From Promethearchaeota archaeon (GTDB lineage: Archaea > Asgardarchaeota > Lokiarchaeia > Sigyniarchaeales > Promethearchaeaceae), in assembly GCA_016933055.1 (NCBI GenBank), contig JAFGBS010000021.1:1-32000 (forward strand): a stretch of 32,000 nucleotides of DNA. The letters run 5' to 3'. How positions within the stretch are numbered: position 1 is the first letter of the stretch; every line of letters starts with the position of its first letter. This document shows, one piece after another, positions 7,136 through 17,635 of the stretch. A program made the translations under genes and the position numbers. The notes under the pieces are model-generated. The model did not search any database. It was given only the letters and a program-made list of their open reading frames with translations, and was not told where the DNA came from.

Positions 7136-8608
7136 TTAGATAATGTTGTCTTTGGATACTTTGTTAAGATAGCGCTGGTAGCATACCATTTGTTTGATAA
7201 TTTTGCAGGCGTTTGGTATATAATCAATCACTGGCAGGTTCTGCTTTAACATATTAATTTTAAATTGATATCTTGCTTTATACGCTCGTTCGTATTGTAA
7301 ATTCGGAGAAGTGCTGCAAATCATGGGCTTTCGAACTTTTTGTAACACATTAGAAATACTCTCAATTGTTTTTTGTTCCATATCATCCCTTCCAAAAGTT
7401 TCAGTAAAAATCTTAAATCTTTCTGCTTCACGGACAAATAATACCGTCTCAATAGCAGGATCCTTTGCTACAATTTCCAGCGCTTGCGCGAAATATTCCG
7501 GGATGTATCCATATTCACCTAAATCAACAGGATTTTGAAAGCTTATATTTATGGAAGGAAATATTTTACTTAGGGATTTTTTCGTGTCCTCAGATAGAGC
7601 TGGAATTTTTAAACCATTTTTAATGCAGATATCACTAATTTCTACCGAAATTCCACCACCAGCGACCAATACACAGACATTTTCGTTCTTTGGAAGCACG
7701 TAATCTATAGAAAACGCTGTCACTGCATCTTGAAATAATTCAAAATGATCTGTATAGATGATTCCGAATTGTTTTGATAATGCTTCCCAAATCTCAGCCG
7801 AACCAGCTAATCCTCCCGTGTGAGAACGTACAGCTTGCATCCCAACTTGGGATTGACCTACTTTAAGCAATATGATAGGTTTGTGGGGTGTTGTTTTGCG
7901 AACTTCTTCAATAAATTTTCTTCCATCAATGATGGATTCTAAGTATAAAGCGATAGTTTTTGTTTTTTTATCATTTCGAAAATGATTAATAAAATCAGTT
8001 GGAGAAAGATCCACGGAATTCCCGATTGAAACGATATTATGAAATCCACCACCTTGAGATATAATCCACGCTGCTAAGCGGCTTGTATTGCCTCCACTCA
8101 TAGATACATAAGAAATATTACCTTTAGCAGTCGGCATACCAGGATAGAAATGGATTTTAGAATATGGATTATTTATACCTAGGCAATTTGGACCTATAAT
8201 ACGGGTATGTAGTTTTACTTCTTCAACTGCTTGTTCTAATTCAGCTTGTAGGTTATAATTTCCGCTTTCTCCAAATCCAGAAGTGAAAATCACTCCAAAC
8301 CTAACTCTTTTCTTACCACAATCGCGAACCACATCTGGAACTGCTTCAGCAGGAACAGCAATATATGCAAGATCAATGTTTGGAATATCCTCATGGAACA
8401 AAGAAGGATATACTCGGAATCCAAATAATTCTTCATATTTGGGGTTTATTGGATAAACGTTACCTCCTTCTTCAACGAACTCTTGGTTCGCGAAAACAAA
8501 CTTAATTCCCCCCACGCGATTTTTGTTCACACCAATGACTGCAATGTTTTTAGGATAGAATAAGGGTGTAAGATCAACGGTTGAAGAATCTTGAGTTCCA
8601 GAATTCAT
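7136..8608 (-). CDS. acdA: ADP-forming acyl-CoA synthetase alpha-subunit-like protein (CoA-binding and ligase domains)
   Basis: LFYPKNIAVIG, YPINPK, IIGPNCLG, SHTG phospho-histidine motif, NPVDLG; no ATP-grasp domain. Confidence 0.85.
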   Translation of the reverse strand: MNSGTQDSSTVDLTPLFYPKNIAVIGVNKNRVGGIKFVFANQEFVEEGGNVYPINPKYEELFGFRVYPSLFHEDIPNIDLAYIAVPAEAVPDVVRDCGKKRVRFGVIFTSGFGESGNYNLQAELEQAVEEVKLHTRIIGPNCLGINNPYSKIHFYPGMPTAKGNISYVSMSGGNTSRLAAWIISQGGGFHNIVSIGNSVDLSPTDFINHFRNDKKTKTIALYLESIIDGRKFIEEVRKTTPHKPIILLKVGQSQVGMQAVRSHTGGLAGSAEIWEALSKQFGIIYTDHFELFQDAVTAFSIDYVLPKNENVCVLVAGGGISVEISDICIKNGLKIPALSEDTKKSLSKIFPSINISFQNPVDLGEYGYIPEYFAQALEIVAKDPAIETVLFVREAERFKIFTETFGRDDMEQKTIESISNVLQKVRKPMICSTSPNLQYERAYKARYQFKINMLKQNLPVIDYIPNACKIIKQMVCYQRYLNKVSKDNII

Positions 8609-8677
8609 GTGTCCATGTTATCTCGAATAGTTTTTTAAGCTTTTTTGACAGTATTTGGAAAAACGGATCAAACCTAA

Positions 8678-9598
8678 TTATTTCCATAAGTCTGTGGAGA
8701 GATATCTTTCTCCCGTGTCTGGTAGAATAACTATTATATTCTCTTCCCGATTTGTTTTTTCAGCATATTCTATTGCTGCTGCTAGTGCTGCACCCGATGA
8801 CATTCCTGCGAATATGCCTTCCTCCTTTGCAAGTCGATTGGCATAGTTATAAGCCATAAGCGGAGACACTGAAATTATCTCATCATAGACACTTGTATTC
8901 AAGATATTAGGAATAAAACCTGCTCCCATTCCTTGAATTGCCGATTTACCTGCTGCTTTCGGACCTTTTGACAACACGGGTGAAGTAGTAGGCTCTATTG
9001 CGATAATACGTATATTTTTATTTAATTTTCGCAGTGTCTCTCCTGTACCCGTAATTGTGCCCCCTGTTCCCACAGCACTTACGAATACGTCTACTTTGTG
9101 ATCTAAATCTTCCCAAATTTCTATTGCGGTAGTATTCCGATGGGCTTCTGGATTTGCCGGATTCATAAATTGCTGAGGTATAAAACTATTTTCAATCTTT
9201 AAGGCGAGCAATTTTGCTTTAGCAATAGCATATTTCATTCCTTGATCTTTTATTAATACAATCTTTGCACCATAGGCTCTAAGGATCTTTCTACGCTCCA
9301 TTGAAGCGCTTTTTGGCATCACTACAATTAGTGAATATCCTTTTACCGCACAAACCATAGCAAGTCCTATTCCCGTATTTCCTGAAGTTGGTTCTATAAT
9401 CGTCGTTTCTGAATTAATAATCCCATCATTTTCTGCTGCCTCTATCATGTTTAGAGCAGCTCGATCCTTTATACTACCTCCCGGATTAAATGCCTCCACT
9501 TTTACATAAATACATGCTTTCAAATCTTTAGGGATCCGATTTAGTTTGACTGTTGGGGTTTTTCCGATCGTTCCTAAAATTGATTTATATAAAACCAT
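8678..9598 (-). CDS. cysK: Cysteine synthase A (O-acetylserine sulfhydrylase)
   Basis: PLP-lysine motif NPGGSIKDR, EPTSGNTG, GTGGT and QGMGAGF. Start is ATG 9598 or GTG 9607 (overlapping the cysE stop). Confidence 0.95.
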   Translation of the reverse strand: MVLYKSILGTIGKTPTVKLNRIPKDLKACIYVKVEAFNPGGSIKDRAALNMIEAAENDGIINSETTIIEPTSGNTGIGLAMVCAVKGYSLIVVMPKSASMERRKILRAYGAKIVLIKDQGMKYAIAKAKLLALKIENSFIPQQFMNPANPEAHRNTTAIEIWEDLDHKVDVFVSAVGTGGTITGTGETLRKLNKNIRIIAIEPTTSPVLSKGPKAAGKSAIQGMGAGFIPNILNTSVYDEIISVSPLMAYNYANRLAKEEGIFAGMSSGAALAAAIEYAEKTNREENIIVILPDTGERYLSTDLWK

Positions 9599-9603
9599 GA
9601 ATA

Positions 9604-10404
9604 TCACTTGTTGGGTAATTTTTGTTCAATTGCTGTCAATCGCGTTTCTAAGGATTTGATTAAATCTATAATTGGATCGGGTAGTATACCGTGTTTAAGA
9701 TGCTCTATTTGATCCATAGCTTGAGGATGTTTTTGTTCTAATATTCTACCGGGTACCCCAACTACTACACTATCATCGGGGATGTCTTTGGTAACCACGC
9801 TGTTAGCCCCAATTCTCACATTGTTTCCAATAGTAATTGGTCCTAAAATTTTCGCACCAGCACCAACAATAATATTATTCTTGAGGGTGGGATGGCGTTT
9901 TTTCCTCTCTAAACTAACTCCACCTAATGTGACATTCTGATACAATGTGACATTTTCGCCAATTTCGGCAGTTTCCCCTATTACTACACCAGAACCATGA
10001 TCAATAAAAAAATGATCTCCAATTACGGCCGATGGATGAATATCTATGCCTGTACCCACAAATGCAGAATGAGACAAGAATCTAGGTACAAAAGGTAAAC
10101 CAAGAGAATCTAAGAAGTGCGCAACTCGATAGATAAGAACAGCTTGAATTCCTGGGTAGGATGTCAATATTTCGCTGATACTTCTCGCTGCAGGATCTTT
10201 ATCGAAAGCAGAGGTTACATCGTTAATGAAACACTTGAATATTTTTTCAATCTCTTGATAAATAAACTCTTTATCTTTTGCGTGAAGAGAAAGATCTAGA
10301 TTTGAAATACAATCGCGACACTGTTTAGTTAATGAATCCTTTTCCACTCCAGCACTACCAAATAAACATTCACATTTTCGTTGTTCCATATTTTCATTTA
10401 GCAT
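9604..10404 (-). CDS. cysE: Serine O-acetyltransferase
   Basis: DPAARS, GIDIHP, FIDHG catalytic His, hexapeptide repeats and KRHPTL; directly upstream of cysK. Confidence 0.95.
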   Translation of the reverse strand: MLNENMEQRKCECLFGSAGVEKDSLTKQCRDCISNLDLSLHAKDKEFIYQEIEKIFKCFINDVTSAFDKDPAARSISEILTSYPGIQAVLIYRVAHFLDSLGLPFVPRFLSHSAFVGTGIDIHPSAVIGDHFFIDHGSGVVIGETAEIGENVTLYQNVTLGGVSLERKKRHPTLKNNIIVGAGAKILGPITIGNNVRIGANSVVTKDIPDDSVVVGVPGRILEQKHPQAMDQIEHLKHGILPDPIIDLIKSLETRLTAIEQKLPNK

Positions 10405-10586
10405 TATGAAAATAAAAAAGGAAACTCTTTTGGTAATGAAGCTAATTACAAATCATTGTAGCAATTACCCTATAACAACGAAATTCATCTAGATAAATCC
10501 GTTGAATTTTTCATCAATCTAATGCATTGTGAGTTGTGGGTCTACCTTTAAATTATATTGGAATCAATATGTAGTTGGTGACAGAT

Positions 10587-11678
10587 ATGTTTAATTATTC
10601 ATCAGCAAAATTATCAAAATTGATACTCAAGCATGCATTGCATGTACCAGAAAAGACTCCCGTTCTAATCATGGGTAACTATCATTCATTGAATCTTATA
10701 AGAGCTTTATATACCGATATCATCATAATAGGTTCTTATCCTGCAGTTCGATTAGGATTTGATGGAGCAGATGAAATTTTCTATAAATATGCTAATGAAG
10801 ACCAATTGACCAGAATCCCTGAGTTTTTAAAATTTGCCATTGATACATATGATTACATAATTCAAATATGGGCAGATTATAATCCAAAACATCTGCAATT
10901 AGTGGATCCTCAAAAATTACAGATGCAACAAAAAAATCCTGAATTTCCTGAGTTAATGCAGAAATACATGAGTAAAACATGGACTTTAGCACCGTATCCT
11001 ACTCAAGCTATGGCCCAAGAAGCCGGAATGGATTTATATTCCTATGCAGATTTTGTTTCTAAAGCCCTCATGATTGATAAAGATGACCCAATCGCAGAAT
11101 GGGAAAGGATTCAACTAGAACAAGATCGGATTGTCGAAATTCTAAACAAAACGGACGAAATACATGTGATTGGAGAGGATACAGATCTTACTCTTAGTGT
11201 AAAAGGAAGAACTTGGATCAACTGTAGTGGACAAAAGAACTTACCCGATGGGGAAGTATTCACCGGTCCTGTAGAAGATTCGGTCAATGGACACATCCGT
11301 TTTACTTATCCAGGAATCTATCAAGGAAAAGAAATTGAAAATATTTATCTAGAAGTAAAAGACGGACAGGTTATAAAATCAACAGCCAGTAAGGGACAAA
11401 AGTTATTGGATGAAGTGTTAAAAGTCCCAAATGCTGATAAATTCGGAGAGTTTGCCGTTGGAACAAACTATGGAATCACAAAATTCACAAAAAATATGTT
11501 ATTCGATGAAAAAATTGGTGGTACTTTACATATGGCATTAGGAATGAGTATCCCTGAAAGTGGTGGCAAAAACATGAGTGGAATTCATTGGGATATTCTC
11601 AAAGATATGAAATTGCCGGGATCACAAATCATCGCTGATAGCACAGTTGTGTACGAGGAAGGAAAGTGGAAAATATAG
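10587..11678 (+). CDS. Aminopeptidase, peptidase family M29 (AmpS/AmpT-like)
   Basis: NLPDGEVFTGP, GEFAVG, FDEKIGGTLHMALG and IHWD metal-ligand motifs. GGTGA RBS at 10577-10581 favours ATG 10587. Confidence 0.93.
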   Translation: MFNYSSAKLSKLILKHALHVPEKTPVLIMGNYHSLNLIRALYTDIIIIGSYPAVRLGFDGADEIFYKYANEDQLTRIPEFLKFAIDTYDYIIQIWADYNPKHLQLVDPQKLQMQQKNPEFPELMQKYMSKTWTLAPYPTQAMAQEAGMDLYSYADFVSKALMIDKDDPIAEWERIQLEQDRIVEILNKTDEIHVIGEDTDLTLSVKGRTWINCSGQKNLPDGEVFTGPVEDSVNGHIRFTYPGIYQGKEIENIYLEVKDGQVIKSTASKGQKLLDEVLKVPNADKFGEFAVGTNYGITKFTKNMLFDEKIGGTLHMALGMSIPESGGKNMSGIHWDILKDMKLPGSQIIADSTVVYEEGKWKI

Positions 11679-11895
11679 GTAAAAAAAACCGACACATCAA
11701 TTATTAAAACTTTTTTTTTCATTTCTCTCACCTTAAGAAAAATGAATCTATAGATCTGTTTGGTAAAATCATGCAATTTTTCAAGTCGCCATCTATTCTA
11801 CCTACCGTTAGGAAATGGAAGATGTTTGAGTATCACAGCAAAGAAATCAATTAGAAAAAAAAATAAGAGAGGAAGAAATATAGAAAGAATATATA

Positions 11896-13194
11896 ATGCA
11901 AAAGTATCGATTAAAAAAAATTATTGTTACTCTCTTTATTTCAATTATGTTTTCTAATTTTCTCAATGTCAATTTTAATGTACGAGCAGAAATTACTCCT
12001 CCGACCGGTATTATATTATTTATCGGTGATGGAATGGGATTTCAACACATTGAGTTAGCACGACTTGTAGAATATGGTCCAAATGGTGAATCAGCAATAC
12101 TAAGTTTTCCATATCAAAACGACATAGCTACGGTTAATATCGATGGAATGACAACGGATTCAGCTGCATCGGGGACTGCTATCAGTACAGGAGTTAAAAC
12201 TCGTAATGGTAGAATTGCAATGAATTATAATGGTAAAATTGAACTCACAACAATATTAGAAATTGCTCAAGATAATGGATATGCGACTGGAATAGTCGCA
12301 ACTTGTCATCTAACGCATGCAACACCAGCAGTTTTCATGGCTCATAATCCCTCCAGAAATAATTACTTGGAAATCGCAGAAGACATCTTTAATACGGGTC
12401 TTGATGTTCTACTGGGTGGGGGGAGTAGCGCATCCTATCTTGGTAATTATATTTCAGCTATGGAAATAAACGGATATAATTATATAACAAATAAAACCGA
12501 ATTAAATTGCTCCGACACAGAACCCTTATTGGGATTATTCTCGTCTTCTTCCTTAACTCCCGTTCATCTAAAAAACCAAACGAATTCCGAACCGAGTCTT
12601 TTAACAATGACTCAAAAGGCAATAGAACTATTAAATAATACTGGAAAGCCGTTCTTTCTAATGGTAGAAGGTTCTCAGATAGATTGGGGATCCCATGATA
12701 ATGATCCTATTTATACAGCATTAGAAACAATCGAATTTGAAAAATCTGTGAATTATGCGAAGGATTTGGCAGAAAATGATTCAAATTTACTACTATTAGT
12801 AACTGCAGACCACGAAACTGGAGGATTGACCGTCGAAGAATATGATTTTTTAACACCATTACCTTTAGATACTGATAATTTTGAAACAAAAAAAAATAAA
12901 CGACTAGATCGAGTAGGTGAAATAACAACCTCATGGTCAACTGGTGGTCATACTAGTAAAAATGTGATCTTAACAGGAATGGGACCAAATTCTGAGCGGA
13001 TTTTGAATGCAACCCATCATATAAATACATTTTCGATAATGAGAGAGTTGATAGATGGAGAAACTGATCCCTTTGAAACAAATACGACAAAAGGTCATGT
13101 GAATTTGTTTGTTATTATATTTCTTGGAATCTTAGGTGTGTCTGCAGTAATAGGAGGCCTAAGTGCATGGAAGCACACAAAAAAATCGATTTGA
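11896..13194 (+). CDS. phoA: Alkaline phosphatase, exported, with a C-terminal membrane anchor
   Basis: FIGDGMG, TDSAA (Ser nucleophile), THATPA..R, MVEG..IDW..H, TADHE and GGHT; N-terminal signal and C-terminal TM helix. Confidence 0.93.
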   Translation: MQKYRLKKIIVTLFISIMFSNFLNVNFNVRAEITPPTGIILFIGDGMGFQHIELARLVEYGPNGESAILSFPYQNDIATVNIDGMTTDSAASGTAISTGVKTRNGRIAMNYNGKIELTTILEIAQDNGYATGIVATCHLTHATPAVFMAHNPSRNNYLEIAEDIFNTGLDVLLGGGSSASYLGNYISAMEINGYNYITNKTELNCSDTEPLLGLFSSSSLTPVHLKNQTNSEPSLLTMTQKAIELLNNTGKPFFLMVEGSQIDWGSHDNDPIYTALETIEFEKSVNYAKDLAENDSNLLLLVTADHETGGLTVEEYDFLTPLPLDTDNFETKKNKRLDRVGEITTSWSTGGHTSKNVILTGMGPNSERILNATHHINTFSIMRELIDGETDPFETNTTKGHVNLFVIIFLGILGVSAVIGGLSAWKHTKKSI

Positions 13195-13365
13195 TCCCTA
13201 TTCACAATTACCTATGATAATATTTTTATACTATATCGAGAAGAATTATTCGGTTATTAGTTTCGGAGTTCTGTACATCTCATTACTCATAGTTTAAAAT
13301 AGCTAATATGCAATACATTCGAATGATATCAATTAATGGTTAAAATCTTTACCAAAATTATAAGT

Positions 13366-15045
13366 CTATGCTATATACACAACTCCTTCCCAAGGAAAAA
13401 GGAAAATTTCTACGTTTTTGATCTTTTCATTCCTCGTATGGACTGTTGTGGATTCTGCAAAATTTGCATATTTATGAGGATTCTTAAATTCTAAACTATC
13501 ATCACTTATATTTAGATAGATCACTGCGATTTGTTTTTCTGACCCATGACTATAGGATCGAATATAAGATAATACATTAGAGGGTAGTTCAGAGGAATTT
13601 ATTATCACAATTGTCCCAGAATTTAACGCAGGAGTTGTATTTCTAAGTTTTAAGAAACGCTTATAGCATTGTAATAGGGAATCGGCATTTTCAGTCTGAA
13701 TTTTCACATTCCTTTCAGAATACGATGGAGTAATAGGTAACCAAGGATCGATTTCTGCTTTTGTAAAACCTGCATTTTGTGCGGAATTCCACTGCATAGG
13801 GGTTCGACATTCATCCCGGTTAATAGATTCGCCCAAATATTTCTTTATAGCCATTAAAATAAAATTCGGTACTTTATAGAATTTGTGGGCAACGGGATCT
13901 AAGCTAGTTTCGATTTCAAGATTATGATTCTCCATTCCAATTTCTTCACCGTAATAAATGAATGGTACACCCCGTACTGTTAATTGCAGAGCCATGTTGA
14001 GCTTTGCTTTCTTAATATCTCCACCTAATCGAGAAATTCGACGCATTCGATCGTGATTGCTAAACACCCAAGTCGGTATGTGGGGATATGAAAAAAAACT
14101 TTCATATAGTTGAATAAGTCGTCTTATTTTAATGGTATTCAAGGAAATTCCAAGTGATTTAAATAAGAAAACTAAATTTAATCCATCATTTGTCTCATCT
14201 CCGCAGTATTTCCTTAACATAAACATAGGGCCAGTGACTTCACCTACCATAAACCGAGTTGGAGAATACTCATCGATAACCGAACGAAGGCTTTTTAAAA
14301 ATTTTAGGGTATCTGGATGATGCTGAGTATATTTCTTGGATTGAAACAGATAATCAGGACTCTTTTCCGATGGGAGTAATCGAAAGGAACAAGGATTATC
14401 TCTAAATTTCTCATCTTCAAATAATGCATCAATAATATCCAATCGAAATCCATCTACTCCTTTTTCCAACCAGAATCTGACTATATCAAGCATTTCGGTT
14501 TGAACTTCTGGATTTCGGTAGTTTAAATCTGGTTGAAATGGAAGAAATTGGGTCCAATACCATTGATCAGTCTGTGCATCATAGTGCCATCCCGATCCCC
14601 GAATAATTGCTTTCCAATTATTAGGAGGTTTTTTCCCAAGAGGTTTTCTCCCATCCCGCCAGATGTACCAGTCCCGCTTTGGATTATCCTTGCTGGAACG
14701 AGATTGAACAAACCAGGTATGCTGATCACTAGTGTGATTTAATACAAGATCCAAGACAATTTTCATTCCTCGATCGTGCATTTCCATGATTAAACGCTCA
14801 CAATCTTCCATGGTTCCATATTCAAGGGCAATCTCACGGTAATTTCGAATATCATACCCAAAATCTTTTTGTGGGGAGTCATAAAAGGGAGAAAACCACA
14901 CTGTCTCTACTCCCAAATCTTTAATATAATCAAGTTTTGAAATGATTCCCTTCAGGTCCCCAATTCCATTCCCAGTTGAATCATAAAATGATCGAGGATA
15001 GATTTGATAAACTATGGTTTTTTTCCACCATGGTATCTGATCCAT
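13366..15045 (-). CDS. GH13 alpha-glucosidase / oligo-1,6-glucosidase family
   Basis: YQIYPRSF, DLVLNHTS, QPDLN, GFRLD (nucleophile), VGE (acid/base) and NHD. Confidence 0.93.
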   Translation of the reverse strand: MDQIPWWKKTIVYQIYPRSFYDSTGNGIGDLKGIISKLDYIKDLGVETVWFSPFYDSPQKDFGYDIRNYREIALEYGTMEDCERLIMEMHDRGMKIVLDLVLNHTSDQHTWFVQSRSSKDNPKRDWYIWRDGRKPLGKKPPNNWKAIIRGSGWHYDAQTDQWYWTQFLPFQPDLNYRNPEVQTEMLDIVRFWLEKGVDGFRLDIIDALFEDEKFRDNPCSFRLLPSEKSPDYLFQSKKYTQHHPDTLKFLKSLRSVIDEYSPTRFMVGEVTGPMFMLRKYCGDETNDGLNLVFLFKSLGISLNTIKIRRLIQLYESFFSYPHIPTWVFSNHDRMRRISRLGGDIKKAKLNMALQLTVRGVPFIYYGEEIGMENHNLEIETSLDPVAHKFYKVPNFILMAIKKYLGESINRDECRTPMQWNSAQNAGFTKAEIDPWLPITPSYSERNVKIQTENADSLLQCYKRFLKLRNTTPALNSGTIVIINSSELPSNVLSYIRSYSHGSEKQIAVIYLNISDDSLEFKNPHKYANFAESTTVHTRNEKIKNVEIFLFPWEGVVYIA

Positions 15046-15128
15046 GATATAAGTAGAAAACTACTAGATTAAATGCATTTCTGCGCGATCAGTAGGAATA
15101 GAAAAGTAAAAAAAATAAAAAAAGATAA

Positions 15129-17429
15129 TTAGTTGTTATTACCGTTTCTTTTTAATAACGGGATTACAACAAAAATTACTGCGAACAATAATGTCAATGC
15201 TGCTAGAAGTATAATGATAAGCCATGGAGGAACATTGCTCAGATACGGTGCATTCAAAAATTCCAGTAATCCTTTGCCATCATTGAAGACCAAAAACAAA
15301 CCAACAAAGATCGTAGCAGTAAGTGATTCAACTGTAATTAATGTGTTAATTGAAGGTCCTGCAGTATCTTTGAATGGATCACCAACTGTATCTCCAGTAA
15401 TGGCAGCTTTGTGGGCTTCTGTTCCCTTACCGCCGTGATGACCTTCTTCAATGTATTTCTTCGCGTTATCCCATGTTCCGCCTGCGGTAGACATCAAGAT
15501 AGCAAACAGAAGTCCACTTAGGATGGTTCCAGCTAAGAATGCAGACAAACCAGCTACTCCAAACAAAATTCCTGTGATGATGGGGGCTCCGATCGAAATC
15601 GCAATGGGAATAACTAACTCTTGCAATGATCCTTTAGTTGCAATATCTACACATCTAGCATAGTCTGCTTTTTGTGTACCCTCCAAAATACCTGGCATTT
15701 CTGTGAATTGTCGGCGTATTTCTGCGATCATTTTCTGTGCGTTTCTGTCAACTGCTTTAATAAGTACGGCACTGAAATATGCAGGAGTTATAGAACCAAG
15801 TAACGCCCCAATTAATACATTAGCTCGTAGTAAATCGACATTAGCAACTCTTGCTTCTCCAGAATATGCATATAATAAAGCTAATACTGTTAACGCAGCT
15901 GCACCAATTGCAACACCTTTAGTAATTGCCTTAGCAGTATTTCCTGCTGAATCTAGCCTGTCACAATCTCGAATTACTTCCTCATCTAAACCACCTTGTT
16001 CAGCAATCCCCCGAGCATTATCAACAATTGGTCCATAGGCATCATTAGATACGATAGTTGCAACGATTGCAAGCATCCCCACTCCAGCTGTGGATATTCC
16101 ATATACGCCATCAAGGAACCAAGAAACAGCCATTGCAATGATAATTCCTAAAGTTGGAGCCACTACACTTTCCAATCCATAGGCAAATCCAGACAAGATT
16201 ACCGGAGCATGGCCACTTTCTGCAGCTTCTGCTACTTTTTGAGTAGGGCGTTTCGCATCATTTGTATAGTAATCTGTCGTGAATCCTATTAATACTCCAG
16301 CAACTAATCCCAATGCACCCGCAAGATTATTTTTCCAAAGTTTCGTGACTCCATCAGGGCTTAATCCTTGCACACAAATCCATGTTACCAAAGCATTTAA
16401 AACAACATAAGCAATTGTCGAGATGTAGGTCCCTAAGTTTAAGGCTTTCCCAGGATCTTCTTTTACGGTAAAACGGGTCCATAAAATTCCGATTAGGCTT
16501 GCTATTAAACCTACTGCAGAAATGATAATTGGATATACTACTAGCATATCGATATCTACTTGTACTAGTATGTTACCTACCTCATCTACGCCGAAAGCAA
16601 GATAAGCTGCGGCTAATATCATTGCTGCAACAATGCTGGCAACATAGCTGTCGAATAGATCAGCACCCATCCCGGCTATGTCTCCAACATTATCCCCTAC
16701 ATTATCCGCAACGGCAGCGGGATTTCGTGGATCGTCTTCTGGTAGATCATACTCACCTTTTCCGACCAGATCCGCCCCGACATCTGCAGTTTTCGTAAAG
16801 ATACCTCCACCAGCTTTTGCAAATAAAGCTATGGTAGAAGCCCCAAAACTAAATCCTAAGACAATTCCTGGTTCTGGCCAGATTGCATAGAAAATTATTA
16901 TTCCACCCAAGGCTGCTCCGGTAACCATGAGACCCATTACCGCTCCCCCGAAGAAGGAGACGTTAAATGCGGGAGTCAGCCCCTTTCTTGCAGCTTCGGC
17001 CGTTCTTGTATTTGCTTTTACTCCAACCTTCATTCCAAGCCAACCTGCGAATCCACTAGCTATGGATCCAACAATATACGCAACAGTTTGTTGCCAGTTT
17101 ATAGTGGGTAATTCTTGGGGAGAATAAGAAGGAATAGTACCTTTTAAAATCCAAAGTGTTACGTCATTTTCTCCGAATTCAATTAATGGATTGGGGAGGA
17201 ATAACAATACAACAATAGCAACTGCTCCTGTGAATATAGACAGAGTTAGATATTGACGTTTTATAAAAGCATTTGCGCCTTCTTCAATGTAACCCGCGAC
17301 TCTCACCATTGCTTCATTTCCCGGTTCTTTCTTCATCACATAAAATGCAAGATATATCGCAAGTCCAATAGCTACTAAAGCCGCAATCGGCACCAGAATC
17401 AACGCAATTAATGGTATATTTAAAGCCAT
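15129..17429 (-). CDS. hppA: Membrane-bound H+-translocating pyrophosphatase, K+-independent type
   Basis: DVGADLVGKGE, DNVGDNVGD and GDTVGDPFKD motifs. GNTAKA has Lys at the K+-dependence position. GGTGA RBS before ATG 17429 (track start 17468 is an upstream GTG). Confidence 0.95.
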   Translation of the reverse strand: MALNIPLIALILVPIAALVAIGLAIYLAFYVMKKEPGNEAMVRVAGYIEEGANAFIKRQYLTLSIFTGAVAIVVLLFLPNPLIEFGENDVTLWILKGTIPSYSPQELPTINWQQTVAYIVGSIASGFAGWLGMKVGVKANTRTAEAARKGLTPAFNVSFFGGAVMGLMVTGAALGGIIIFYAIWPEPGIVLGFSFGASTIALFAKAGGGIFTKTADVGADLVGKGEYDLPEDDPRNPAAVADNVGDNVGDIAGMGADLFDSYVASIVAAMILAAAYLAFGVDEVGNILVQVDIDMLVVYPIIISAVGLIASLIGILWTRFTVKEDPGKALNLGTYISTIAYVVLNALVTWICVQGLSPDGVTKLWKNNLAGALGLVAGVLIGFTTDYYTNDAKRPTQKVAEAAESGHAPVILSGFAYGLESVVAPTLGIIIAMAVSWFLDGVYGISTAGVGMLAIVATIVSNDAYGPIVDNARGIAEQGGLDEEVIRDCDRLDSAGNTAKAITKGVAIGAAALTVLALLYAYSGEARVANVDLLRANVLIGALLGSITPAYFSAVLIKAVDRNAQKMIAEIRRQFTEMPGILEGTQKADYARCVDIATKGSLQELVIPIAISIGAPIITGILFGVAGLSAFLAGTILSGLLFAILMSTAGGTWDNAKKYIEEGHHGGKGTEAHKAAITGDTVGDPFKDTAGPSINTLITVESLTATIFVGLFLVFNDGKGLLEFLNAPYLSNVPPWLIIILLAALTLLFAVIFVVIPLLKRNGNNN

Positions 17430-17635
17430 TTGTTTTTCACCAATTTTTAATTTTTTACTTTTGAACACTTGCCATAAAAAATTGTGTAGATGTTTGTTTG
17501 CTCTTTTAAAACATTTATTATTGTTGAACTGAAGAGAAAAAGAATTTTCGACAGAATTAGAGGATTTAATTTATACTTTATGTTTGGCCTTTAGTAAAAC
17601 ACGACAGCTAAACCAAAGAGAAAAAGAAGCAATTT

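Noticed and set aside
11676-11678. Idea that TAG is globally reassigned in this genome
   Set aside because: Four genes end in TAG at family-typical C-termini or directly before the next gene's RBS (11676, 13366, 21102, 21890).
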